A DNA stretch of 64,000 bases. Origin: an uncultured archaeon (lineage in GTDB: Archaea; Iainarchaeota; Iainarchaeia; Iainarchaeales; CAZILS01). The translations under genes and the position numbers were made by a program. The notes under the pieces were generated by a model that worked only from the letters and a program-made list of their open reading frames with translations, made no database searches and was not told the DNA's origin. The stretch is from NCBI GenBank assembly GCA_964540145.1, contig CAZILS010000002.1, positions 61,601 through 125,600 on the forward strand, in the 5' to 3' direction. This document shows, one piece after another, positions 20,704 to 29,399 of this stretch (positions are counted from its first letter, which is position 1; each line of letters opens with the position of its first letter).

Positions 20704-21690
20704 ATGATGTTCCAGACTATGAAAAAGCTGATTTTCTTCGCATTTATCCTCACGGTAATCGTTGTCCTCCTAACAGCCCTGGCCTACCGGGACCTTGTTT
20801 TCCAAAACCTCGCATGGATACTTGCACTCCTTGTTTTTCTTTTCCTCATTTGGAAATATGATTTCGTCCTCATGCTCAAGGACTATGAACGTGCGGTAAT
20901 CTTCCGCTTTGGGAAGGTGAACAGGGTGGGAGGCCCCGGCTGGGCTGTCGTCCTTCCCCCGATGGAATCCTACAATTACGTTGATTTGAGAACGCACACA
21001 ATCGATATTCCGAAGCAGGATGTCATCACAAAAGGAAACATAGAAATCAGTGTGGACGGTGTCCTCTACTTGAGGGTGCGCAAGGACAACGAGTCCGTGA
21101 TTAAATCCGTTGTCGAAATCGAAAATTACAACGAGGCCGCAAAGCTTTACATAATCGGCATGATTAGGGACATCGCGGGGGGGATGGACCTTTCGGATGT
21201 GATAAGCAACATAGAGGATTTCAACACGCAGTTAAAGGAGGGTTTGAAGAGCCTTTCGGAGGACTGGGGAGTCGAGTGCGTTGCAGTCGAGATAACCGAT
21301 GTCCAGATTCCGAAAACAGTTCTTGATGCGATGCATGACCAGAAGGCCGCGGTCCAGCAGAAGCTCGCGACCATCGAAAGGGCGGAGGCCCATAAAACCG
21401 AGATTGAGGCGGTCAAGGGCGCAACCGAAACACTTTCCGACAGGGCTCTTTCCTACTACTACATCAAGGCGCTTGAGCGCATGAGCGAAGGCAAATCGAC
21501 AAAGATAATTTTCCCGATGGAACTCACAAGGATTGCCTCCCAGATTTCAAGCAAAGTGGGGCCGCCGGGCGAATCCAAGGCCGCAGGCGAAGAGGAGCTT
21601 ATCCAGAAATATGCGCCCCTGCTCCTGGAATATATGAAAGAGGAAAAAAAGAAGCGCAAGGGCAAGCACGGGCCAAAGAAAAAGAAGTAA
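20704..21690 (+). CDS. SPFH/band-7 (stomatin/prohibitin-like) membrane protein
   Basis: 328 aa. N-terminal TM helices, then SPFH-like FRFGKV...GPGWAVVLP...DVQIPKTVLDAM and a coiled-coil tail. Confidence 0.85.
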   Translation: MMFQTMKKLIFFAFILTVIVVLLTALAYRDLVFQNLAWILALLVFLFLIWKYDFVLMLKDYERAVIFRFGKVNRVGGPGWAVVLPPMESYNYVDLRTHTIDIPKQDVITKGNIEISVDGVLYLRVRKDNESVIKSVVEIENYNEAAKLYIIGMIRDIAGGMDLSDVISNIEDFNTQLKEGLKSLSEDWGVECVAVEITDVQIPKTVLDAMHDQKAAVQQKLATIERAEAHKTEIEAVKGATETLSDRALSYYYIKALERMSEGKSTKIIFPMELTRIASQISSKVGPPGESKAAGEEELIQKYAPLLLEYMKEEKKKRKGKHGPKKKK

Positions 21691-21696
21691 CTGTTT

Positions 21697-22617
21697 CTAA
21701 ACCGCAACTATGAGCCACGCCTCAACAGCTGCGGCAATAAACAACACAAAGTACGCAAGCAAAATCAAAACCAGCGCATCCTTCGCGATAACCTCAAACC
21801 TGCGGGTGCCGAATTTTTTCGTGGATAAGCCGGCAGAGATTATTCCTCCCGCAATCGCCCCGATAAAATACCCCGCCACCTCGGGAATTCCGTGGGGCAA
21901 ATAACCGAATGCCCTCATCACCCCGTGCGCCAAACTCCTGTCAAGTACCTCCTTCCCGATAAAAATGCCTATCACACTCGCATTCCAGCCTATGAGGAAC
22001 AACGCCCCCGCGCCGTAAACAAACGAGAAGAGAATCGCAAGCCCCAGCACAAGGGCATTGTTCAGGAATATGAATTCGGTGCACCCCACAAAATTCTTTC
22101 CGGAGCCAATGCACTGCCGGTGGTCAAGGCCTGTAACCCTGCCCGTAACTTTCTCGGTAACAGAATCTTTCCAGGTGTCCATCTTCCCCCATACCTTCTC
22201 CTGCTCGCTGAAGATATCCTCCTTGGCGGGCATGAAACAAACAATATTGTCTTCTGCCGCACAAATTCCCGGGGTTTCCGCCGGCAGGACAACATACCAG
22301 AATGCATAGCACAGCACAAGCCCGATGAAAAAGTAGGAATAAAGCTTGACAACACAGAAATGCCTCTTGAGGAAGCTCCCTGCCCAGCCCGGCTTATCGC
22401 TCTCGCTCTCTTCCTCCATCACAAAAATAGCGTGGATTGTGGGCATAAATGCGGCCATGACAAAAGCAAGTGTAAGGAGGCTTGAGCCGTCCTTTGAGAT
22501 ATAATATGAAAGCCACATCGCAACCGTGGCAATAACGAAACTGGCCACAAGCATCATTACAGGGTGGCTGCGGGCCCTTGAAGCATCAATTATCGACTCT
22601 AGAACCACGGAAATCAA
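21697..22617 (-). CDS. SpoIIM-like (DUF95) membrane protein
   Basis: 306 aa. Multiple TM helices and a C-terminal HGIPEVAGYFIGAIAGG motif resembling the SpoIIM family. Confidence 0.5.
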   Translation of the reverse strand: MISVVLESIIDASRARSHPVMMLVASFVIATVAMWLSYYISKDGSSLLTLAFVMAAFMPTIHAIFVMEEESESDKPGWAGSFLKRHFCVVKLYSYFFIGLVLCYAFWYVVLPAETPGICAAEDNIVCFMPAKEDIFSEQEKVWGKMDTWKDSVTEKVTGRVTGLDHRQCIGSGKNFVGCTEFIFLNNALVLGLAILFSFVYGAGALFLIGWNASVIGIFIGKEVLDRSLAHGVMRAFGYLPHGIPEVAGYFIGAIAGGIISAGLSTKKFGTRRFEVIAKDALVLILLAYFVLFIAAAVEAWLIVAV

Positions 22618-22693
22618 TAACCTTATGGGGCGATGATTTAAATATGTTTCCTAAGTTAAATATGAAATAAAAGGACGATTTTCTGGTGATTTA

Positions 22694-23275
22694 ATGGCTA
22701 CAGCTAAAGCAGAGAAGGATGAAATGGTGTTTCCGGGAAGTTTCCTCACAACAGGCGAGGAATATGCCCCCGGGGAAAACACATATGAGGACGACAGCGG
22801 CGATGTACATTCGCTTGTCGTTGGAAAAACGGAATTTGACGACGATAACAGGGAAGTCAGGGTTGTAAGGCGGGCAAAGACCGCAAAGCCCGTCGATGTC
22901 GGCTCAACTGTTTTCGGGGTTGTGACAAACGTCAAGTCAACCAACGCAATGGTCGAGGCAATCTCCGCAAAGAACGGCGGCGAGGAAAGGAGCGTAATAA
23001 ACACATTTGCAATGATTCCGATTTCGGCGGTAAGCAACATGTACATAGACAACCTATCGGATGTTTTCAGTATCGGTGATTTAATCCAGGCGAAGGCGAC
23101 AACCGTAACGCCCTATATGATGGACCTCACAACAAAGGACCCCCATTTGGGCGTTGTAAAAGGGTTTTGCAGGCGCTGCAGGAAGCCCCTGAAGCTTTTC
23201 GGAAGCCAGCTCAAATGCACCTCCTGCGGAAACACCGAGAAGAGGAAAATGTCAAACCACTACCTGGTTAAGTAG
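22694..23275 (+). CDS. csl4: Exosome RNA-binding subunit Csl4
   Basis: 193 aa. N-terminal PGSFLTTGEEYAPG, S1-like middle region, zinc ribbon CRRCRKPL...CTSCGN. Confidence 0.8.
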   Translation: MATAKAEKDEMVFPGSFLTTGEEYAPGENTYEDDSGDVHSLVVGKTEFDDDNREVRVVRRAKTAKPVDVGSTVFGVVTNVKSTNAMVEAISAKNGGEERSVINTFAMIPISAVSNMYIDNLSDVFSIGDLIQAKATTVTPYMMDLTTKDPHLGVVKGFCRRCRKPLKLFGSQLKCTSCGNTEKRKMSNHYLVK

Positions 23276-23283
23276 GTGTTCTG

Positions 23284-23559
23284 ATGGAAATTGAAATAAC
23301 CAAAAACGAAAAGGACTGCCTTGAGTTCAAGTTGATTGGCGAAAAACACACCTATCCCGCCATGCTCAAGCAGGCGCTTCTCGAGGACAGCTCGGTCACA
23401 ATGGCATCATACCTTGTCTCACACCCTCTTGCGAACCAGTCAAAGTTTGTCCTGAAGACAAAGGGGAAAACCGCCATTAAGGCGCTTGAGGAAGCCTCGA
23501 AGAAGATTGACACACAGCTTTCCGATTTCGAAAAGGCGGTAAAGAAGGCAGTCAAGTGA
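23284..23559 (+). CDS. rpoL: DNA-directed RNA polymerase subunit L (Rpo11)
   Basis: 91 aa. LEFKLIGEKHTYPAMLKQAL...SYLVSHPL pattern. The csl4-rpoL neighbourhood is conserved in archaea. Confidence 0.8.
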   Translation: MEIEITKNEKDCLEFKLIGEKHTYPAMLKQALLEDSSVTMASYLVSHPLANQSKFVLKTKGKTAIKALEEASKKIDTQLSDFEKAVKKAVK

Positions 23560-24293
23560 CCCTTAAAGAAACTCTTTCAACGGTTCGTAAAAACCTGAAA
23601 TGGCTTGACCCCTTCACATACGTTGACCTCTACCTGATGCCCATTGCCAACCCAAACAACGACAAGCTCCTTGGCAACATAGTTTACATCATAACCGCAT
23701 TCATTTTCGCATTCATACTTTACACAGGCCTCGGCCTTTTGCTCTCAACCTCCTCGCCAATAGTTATTGTCCTTAGCGGCTCCATGGAGCCAAGCATGTA
23801 CAGGGGAGATGTTGTCTTCCTGACAGGAACAAGTGCCGAGGGGGTTGCTGCCCAGGAACTTGAACTGAACACCCCTCTTCAGGGGGTGCCCTTTCCGATG
23901 GTAGGGAGTGTGGATGACCGCAACTCAAAGGTCACCCTGATTAACGGAGAAACCGCAACAATAAACCGGGAAGGAAACCCGATTGTTTACAGGTCAACCC
24001 TGATGGGCGAGCAGATTATACACAGGGCTGTCCTGAAAATCAAGGCTTCTGACGGAACTTACATTCTGACAAAGGGAGATGCAAACCCAAGCATCGACCA
24101 GGACTGCGGCGCCCTTTTGGAAAACCGCTTTGAGAAGCCGTGCATCGAGCCCTTCCTCATACCTTCCTCACAAATCGACGGAAAAGTAATCTTCAAAATC
24201 CCTCTTTTGGGATATATCAAGCTCCTTCTGGTCGATGACATTTCAGTGCTCTTATTCGGCTGTTCAAGACCCCAGGGCTGCCAATTTCCATAG
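23556..24293 (+). CDS. Signal peptidase I (archaeal Sec11-type)
   Basis: 245 aa. GTG start overlaps the rpoL stop (GTGA). TM helix followed by VLSGSMEPSMYRGDVVFL. Confidence 0.75.
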   Translation: MTLKETLSTVRKNLKWLDPFTYVDLYLMPIANPNNDKLLGNIVYIITAFIFAFILYTGLGLLLSTSSPIVIVLSGSMEPSMYRGDVVFLTGTSAEGVAAQELELNTPLQGVPFPMVGSVDDRNSKVTLINGETATINREGNPIVYRSTLMGEQIIHRAVLKIKASDGTYILTKGDANPSIDQDCGALLENRFEKPCIEPFLIPSSQIDGKVIFKIPLLGYIKLLLVDDISVLLFGCSRPQGCQFP

Positions 24294-24338
24294 CTTTAAA
24301 ATAATAACCAGCCAAACTTATCTTAGGAGTTGGGGGAT

Positions 24339-25085
24339 ATGGTAAATCTTGTTCTTGAAAAGGCTTTGGATTTCAAGCGCAGCATCGACGCAATTGCGGT
24401 GCTCATAGACGAGGCTGAGTTTGACATTTCGGAGAAGGGCCTTGAGCTCAAGGCAACAGACCCGAGCCAGATTTCGATGGTTGATTTTTCGCTTGAAAAG
24501 AACTCCTTCAAAAAGTTCGATGTTCCCTCAGCGGCAAAAATAGGTGTTGACCTCGTGCAGCTTAAGGACATAATGGCGAGGGCTGCGGCAAGCGACGCAC
24601 TCGAACTTTCTTTGGAAGACGAGGGTACAAGGCTTTCCCTCTCCTTTGTAGGGGGCTCAAAAAGGACATTTTCCGTTCCGCTCATCGACATCAGCAGTTC
24701 CGAACTGCCGCAGCCGAAAATAGATTTCGATGCCGAGGTGAAGATGAAGGCATCAGTCATCCAGGGCGGGCTGAAAGACGCCTCCCTGATTTCCAACCAC
24801 GTTATCCTGGGCGTTACCGCAAGCGCCTTCACAATAAGCGCAAAATCAAGCAAGGGAAACCTCCACAATGAGACCGGCAAGAATGACAAGGACATGGTCG
24901 AGCTCAAGGCAAAGTCGGAGTGCGGGGCAATGTACCCCCTTGAATACCTGCAGGACATGCTGAAGGGCGCAGACTCGAAAGGGGATGTCCTGCTTTCCTT
25001 AAAGGGGGATGCCCCGGTAAAAATCTCCTACGCAATAGGCCCTGCGAAAATAACCTACTTCCTCGCGCCAAGAATAGAAAATTAA
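24339..25085 (+). CDS. pcn1: DNA polymerase sliding clamp PCNA, paralog 1
   Basis: ATG at 24339 is preceded by AGGAG; the ORF track opens at TTG 24330. PCNA-like blocks KRSIDAI, ATDPSQISMVD, IGVDL, LKDASL and C-terminal YFLAPRIE. Confidence 0.85.
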   Translation: MVNLVLEKALDFKRSIDAIAVLIDEAEFDISEKGLELKATDPSQISMVDFSLEKNSFKKFDVPSAAKIGVDLVQLKDIMARAAASDALELSLEDEGTRLSLSFVGGSKRTFSVPLIDISSSELPQPKIDFDAEVKMKASVIQGGLKDASLISNHVILGVTASAFTISAKSSKGNLHNETGKNDKDMVELKAKSECGAMYPLEYLQDMLKGADSKGDVLLSLKGDAPVKISYAIGPAKITYFLAPRIEN

Positions 25086-25188
25086 TTAGCCGACACGTTC
25101 GGTCTCACAGGGGCTCGCTTCGCGACCTGGTGCGGGTGCCATTTCGCTACGCTCAACGGCACGTGCTCGGTTCCCGCCTCGCAAGCAG

Positions 25189-25632
25189 TCACTCTTCAAT
25201 TTCCATTATTTTTTCCACTCTTCGCGCATGCCTCTCATCGCTTGAAAAATCAGTTTCCAGAAAAACATCAACTATCTTCAAGGCTTCCTTCTCATCAAGA
25301 ACCCTTCCGCCAAGGCAAAGCACATTCGCATCATTGTGTTCTCTCGCCATCTTCGCAGTAAACTCATTGTGGCAGAGCGCAGCCCTTGCCCCCCTAACCT
25401 TATTCGCAGCCATACTCACCCCTATCCCTGTCCCGCAAACCAAAATTCCAAGAGAGCCCTTGCCCTTCACAACGCTCTCCGCAACCTTCCTCCCAAAATC
25501 AGGGTAATCACAAGACTCTTCACTATCGGTGCCAAAGTCAACAACCTCGGCCTTCCCCTTCAGATGGGCCTTTATCTTCTCCTTAAGCCCGAAACCGCCG
25601 TGGTCAGCCCCAAGATAAACCTTCCCCGCCAT
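25189..25632 (-). CDS. rpiB: Ribose-5-phosphate isomerase B
   Basis: 147 aa. LGADHGGFGLKE and VCGTGIGVSMAANK motifs. Confidence 0.85.
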   Translation of the reverse strand: MAGKVYLGADHGGFGLKEKIKAHLKGKAEVVDFGTDSEESCDYPDFGRKVAESVVKGKGSLGILVCGTGIGVSMAANKVRGARAALCHNEFTAKMAREHNDANVLCLGGRVLDEKEALKIVDVFLETDFSSDERHARRVEKIMEIEE

Positions 25633-25666
25633 AATAAAAGATAAATACTATTAATGTTTAATAATA

Positions 25667-26069
25667 ATGGGTATAAGGATGCGGTTTGGGTGGATTTTCT
25701 TGGCCTTGCTTTTCCTGGTCTCTTCGAGCCTTGCCGCAAGCCCTGACGTGAACCTCGCAAAAATCGAGGGAAACCCCCTTTCTGCCCCTCCCCGCAAACT
25801 CCGCGCACAGCACAGTCCTGTCGTTCACCTACCTCCCGGATGAGCCGAAGATGGCAGGCCTTGCCGGCGCAACCGCCCCGCTTGTTGTCAGCGCAGACCC
25901 GAACAACCGCATCCTTGAGGGCAGCGAGAGCAATAACACGGCAACCGTTGAAATACTGTTCGCAGGCCCGGAAACCTGCGGTAATTACTTCGACAACGAC
26001 CTCGATGGCCTAATCGATGAAGGATGCGGCCTCCCTCCCCCTGCTGTTGCCGCCCTCGTCCCTCTTTGA
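25667..26069 (+). pseudogene. Frameshifted small secreted CARDB-like protein with C-terminal DxDxDG/Cys motif
   Basis: ATG at 25667 gives a signal peptide (MRFGWIFLALLFLVSSSLAASPDV) and stops at 25843. The +1 frame is open from 25752. It reads ...TVLSFTYLPDEP...PLVVSADPNNRILEGSESNNTATVEI (a CARDB-type end) then ETCGNYFDNDLDGLIDEGCG. The frames can be joined in the C-rich run near 25781-25795. Confidence 0.5.
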
Positions 26070-26134
26070 GGAACCTCGGTGTGTAAAGCCTTTAAAACAG
26101 TATATCTCCCAATATACTATAAGGTGGGCATTTG

Positions 26135-26848
26135 ATGGAACTTAAGAATCCGGAACCGTGGAAAAGGAGCATTGACGCAATTTCCGCATTCATTTCGGAG
26201 GGGAATTTCCGCTTCAACGACAAGGGCGTAAGCCTAAGGGCAATTGACCCAAGCCAGATTGTTTTGGTTGATTACTTTTTGGGGAAAGAGGCCTTCGACA
26301 AGTATAATGTCGAACCCACATTCATAGGGGTTGATTTGGGCGAGCTTTCAAGGGTTTTGAACAGGCTGATGCCAAACGACAGGCTCAAAATGGACCTCAC
26401 GGATTCTGAAATGATTATGACCTTAACAGGCGCTTTGAAAAGAAACTTCAGGCTTTCCCTGATAGATGTTTCTGACGAGGAGGTCACAATCCCGAAGCAG
26501 AGTTTTGACACAAAAGTTGAAATCGATTCAAAAATCCTGAAGGAAGCTTTGAAGGATGCATCCCTCTTCGGAAGTTCTGTTGTTTTGAGGGTAAAGGAAG
26601 GAAAGTTCCTCATTGAGGCAAGGGGCTCACAGGGAGCGTTAAACACAAGCTCCGAAAACAGCAAAGGCCTTGTCATCGAAGGAAGCAAAGAAGTTGTTTC
26701 CAAGTACTCGCTGAATTCCCTGATTAACATAGTGAAGGAAGCGGATGGAAAAGTCCTCCTTGAACTTAAGAGCGACTCGCCGATGAGGGTTTCCTACACC
26801 ATAGGGAAGGCCCCAATCCAGTTCTACCTCGCCCATATGATATTATAG
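26135..26848 (+). CDS. pcn2: DNA polymerase sliding clamp PCNA, paralog 2
   Basis: ATG at 26135 is preceded by AAGGTGG. It shares KRSIDAI, AIDPSQIVLVD, IGVDL and LKDASL with paralog 1 but is strongly diverged elsewhere. The ORF is intact at 237 aa. Confidence 0.8.
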   Translation: MELKNPEPWKRSIDAISAFISEGNFRFNDKGVSLRAIDPSQIVLVDYFLGKEAFDKYNVEPTFIGVDLGELSRVLNRLMPNDRLKMDLTDSEMIMTLTGALKRNFRLSLIDVSDEEVTIPKQSFDTKVEIDSKILKEALKDASLFGSSVVLRVKEGKFLIEARGSQGALNTSSENSKGLVIEGSKEVVSKYSLNSLINIVKEADGKVLLELKSDSPMRVSYTIGKAPIQFYLAHMIL

Positions 26849-26869
26849 TTTTCCCGGCATATTCTATTT

Positions 26870-27859
26870 ATGCTCTCCAACGAGGAACTTGTTTTTGCGC
26901 AGAGATACCCCTTCACAACGGCCGCAAAACGCGCGGTTGCCGCAAACCAGTTCTCCCTTGAAGAAATTCCCGAAAACGTGATGGCAAGGGCGCGGGGAAT
27001 AATAGATGCGCTCTCCAAGGGAAAGCGGTACTCGATTCCGAAAACCAAGAACAGCGAAATCCTCCTCAACGAGCTGCTCGCATATCCTGTTGTGAAAGTT
27101 CTCCTCTCGACAATGGGCCGCGAGGAACTTTATCGGGGGTTCGCAAAATCAGTCTCGAAATCAACATTCGAAAATCTCACTGCCGATGGCATGGATGTTG
27201 TCGAGGAGGTTGCCTCCGACCTTAATGTAAATTATAGGCTTAAGGAAAGTGTGGAGGTTCCGCTTCCGGACTTTCTAAGGGGCTCGGGCAGCGATGAGAT
27301 AATAAAGCTGGTAAACCAGGATTTGGACAAGGGCATTGTGAAGCTTTCCACACAGAGATTTATCAGATATCTTTCCTCGCTTGTCCGGGCAAACGTCCTC
27401 TCGGCACTGCCGGTTGACCTGCAGGGCGTTCCCGACTCCCTGAAAACCTCTTCGAGGAGAATCGGCAGGGAAGTGGCAGCCTCGCAGAAAAAATATTTCG
27501 AGTCCGAAAATTTGGGAAAGGTCAACCCCGCAGCTTTCCCCCCTTGTTTCGCGGAACTTTACAATGGCCTCCTTGCCGGAAAGAACCTTCCGCACCTGGC
27601 GAGGTTTGACCTTGTGACTTTCCTTGTTGCGGTGGGAATGCCCGCACCGCAGATAGCGCAGATGTTCAAAAGCACACCAAACTATGATGAAAGGACAACC
27701 CTCTACCAGGTTGAAAGGATTGCGGGAAAAAGCGCAGGCACAAAGTACACTCCGCCGAGCTGCTCAACAATAAAGGCGCACACCTTCTGCAAGGATAGCT
27801 GCAATGTAAAACATCCCCTGCAGCAGTACAGGCGCCTCCTCAAGCGTAAAATATCCTGA
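26870..27859 (+). CDS. priL: DNA primase large subunit PriL
   Basis: 329 aa. FPPCF...HLARFDLVTFL...YTPPSCSTIKAHTFCKDSC (Fe-S cluster cysteines of the PriL C-terminal domain). Confidence 0.85.
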   Translation: MLSNEELVFAQRYPFTTAAKRAVAANQFSLEEIPENVMARARGIIDALSKGKRYSIPKTKNSEILLNELLAYPVVKVLLSTMGREELYRGFAKSVSKSTFENLTADGMDVVEEVASDLNVNYRLKESVEVPLPDFLRGSGSDEIIKLVNQDLDKGIVKLSTQRFIRYLSSLVRANVLSALPVDLQGVPDSLKTSSRRIGREVAASQKKYFESENLGKVNPAAFPPCFAELYNGLLAGKNLPHLARFDLVTFLVAVGMPAPQIAQMFKSTPNYDERTTLYQVERIAGKSAGTKYTPPSCSTIKAHTFCKDSCNVKHPLQQYRRLLKRKIS

Positions 27860-27863
27860 GGTT

Positions 27864-29399
27864 TTATCGCCTGTATTCCTTCCTCCTCGCAAGGTTCCTC
27901 TTGATTGCCCTGCGGGCTTTCTTCCTCGCATCGCCGCTGAGCGCAAAATGGAACCGCAAATCCCTTGTTGTGGTTACCTTTTCTTCCCCTGCTTTCTGCA
28001 GGAATTTTGTGTACTCCTTTTTCGCCTCGCCGCCAATTTTCGCTTCCGCCAGGCGCTTAAGCAGCCTTTCAGGATTGTTTGGCCTGCGGCTAAGCAGTAT
28101 TTTGCCAAGCGTGGAAACAGCCTCTTTCTGTGTTTTGGGATGCTCCAGCAGAAGTGCCGCAGTCCATTCATCCCCTTTTCGCATCTTTTCTTCAAGCCAG
28201 GGCAGGACAAGCTCCATTGTGTCCTTCTCCCTGAAAAGCGCCTCTGCAGCATCAAGGGAAATTCCGGGCCTGCCTTCCTTATGCAGTTCCGCCAGCGCCT
28301 TAATTCCTGTTTCCCGTGTGTCCCTGTATTTCAAAAGGATTTTTGCCGCCTCAAGCCTCACAACATTATCCTGCTTTTGGCGGGCAAGCCCAAAAAGAAT
28401 ATGCTGCGCAAAGCCCCTTGTTTTTTGGCCCTCCAAAAGCTTTTTGGCGGCGTCAAGCCTCCTCCCGGGCGCCTCCGCAAATGCAGCAATCTTTCCGGCA
28501 AGCTTTTTCGGCGGATTCCTGCCTTCAAGAGCCTTTGAAATCTCCAAATAATTCATTTGCTTCACAGCTTCTGGCCTAATCGCCCTAATCTCTTTATTCG
28601 GTTGCGGCGCCTCAATGCCGAGCGCCTTTGCGGCAGCCGCCCTTTCCTGCCTGTTCCTGCAGAGGAGGAAGCCCCTTAGTGCATTTTCCGCAATTTTTCT
28701 CGCCTTGTAAATTTCATTTGCGTTCTTATCCTTAGTTTCGGCGGATTTTTTTGGAACAGCGCGGGAAAGGATGTTTTCGGACGCCCTTATTATCGTGTTA
28801 GAATCCTTGGAACTGCGGATGATTGCGGACAGGACCTCTTCCGGCACATTGCGGTTTCCAGAAATGACGTTAATGACAGATGTCCTGTTGCGCCCCAGCC
28901 CTTCCGCAAGGGCAATCCGCTTCAGCGTCCTTGGGATTTGCCGGACAATATCCCCCATCATGAGCCTGTCAAGAAGGCGCGGGTGTATTCCCATTATTAT
29001 TTCCCGCAGCCTGTTTTCCCGCGGGTCTTTCCCGGCTCCCGCCCTGATAAGCCGCTTGAATGCGGATTCTGTCGTGTTCGTGAAGATGCACTCCCCCCTC
29101 CGCCTGTACGCGGATGCCAGGTTCCCGAGAAGCCTAAGTGGGTCAGCTATCCTGCCAAGGTGGACGATTATTGCGCTTATCCCTATCAGTTCCTCCCTGT
29201 AAAGGTCGCTGTCCGTATTCCTAGGGTCTTTTGAAAGCTCTCCGAGCGCAAGGTTTAAGGTCTGCTCCGGACCTGTGAAAAGGCTTTTCTCAAGCCTGGA
29301 GACAGGGATTCCCATAGCTTTGCCTTTCTCCTTAAGCCGCATCCTGTCGCTAACATACCTTACCGGCCAGTTGAGGTCCATGGCTCTCCTATAAACCAT
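27864..29399 (-). CDS. Hypothetical all-alpha protein with two HTH-like segments and HEAT/PBS-lyase-like repeats
   Basis: 511-aa intact ORF with protein-like composition. XRE-like RIALAEGLGRNRTSVINVISGNRNVPEEVL and GIPVSRLEKSL. Repeated xRxxAAKxL units (ERAAAAKALG, RRLDAAKKLL, VRLEAAKILL, ISLDAAEALF). Basic C-terminus. Confidence 0.6.
   Translation of the reverse strand: MVYRRAMDLNWPVRYVSDRMRLKEKGKAMGIPVSRLEKSLFTGPEQTLNLALGELSKDPRNTDSDLYREELIGISAIIVHLGRIADPLRLLGNLASAYRRRGECIFTNTTESAFKRLIRAGAGKDPRENRLREIIMGIHPRLLDRLMMGDIVRQIPRTLKRIALAEGLGRNRTSVINVISGNRNVPEEVLSAIIRSSKDSNTIIRASENILSRAVPKKSAETKDKNANEIYKARKIAENALRGFLLCRNRQERAAAAKALGIEAPQPNKEIRAIRPEAVKQMNYLEISKALEGRNPPKKLAGKIAAFAEAPGRRLDAAKKLLEGQKTRGFAQHILFGLARQKQDNVVRLEAAKILLKYRDTRETGIKALAELHKEGRPGISLDAAEALFREKDTMELVLPWLEEKMRKGDEWTAALLLEHPKTQKEAVSTLGKILLSRRPNNPERLLKRLAEAKIGGEAKKEYTKFLQKAGEEKVTTTRDLRFHFALSGDARKKARRAIKRNLARRKEYRR

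Noticed and set aside
25086-25188. tRNA or tRNA fragment in the GC-rich islands (also 40374-40445 and 52615-52712)
   Set aside because: I could not fold any of them into a cloverleaf. There is no T-loop GTTCRAAYC-type motif with a matching 5-bp stem and no acceptor pairing. They are kept only as unexplained structured islands.
25130-25507. 125-aa plus-strand ORF (MRVPFRYAQRHVLGSRLASS...)
   Set aside because: It starts in the GC-rich intergenic island and then runs antisense through rpiB. Its composition is not protein-like.
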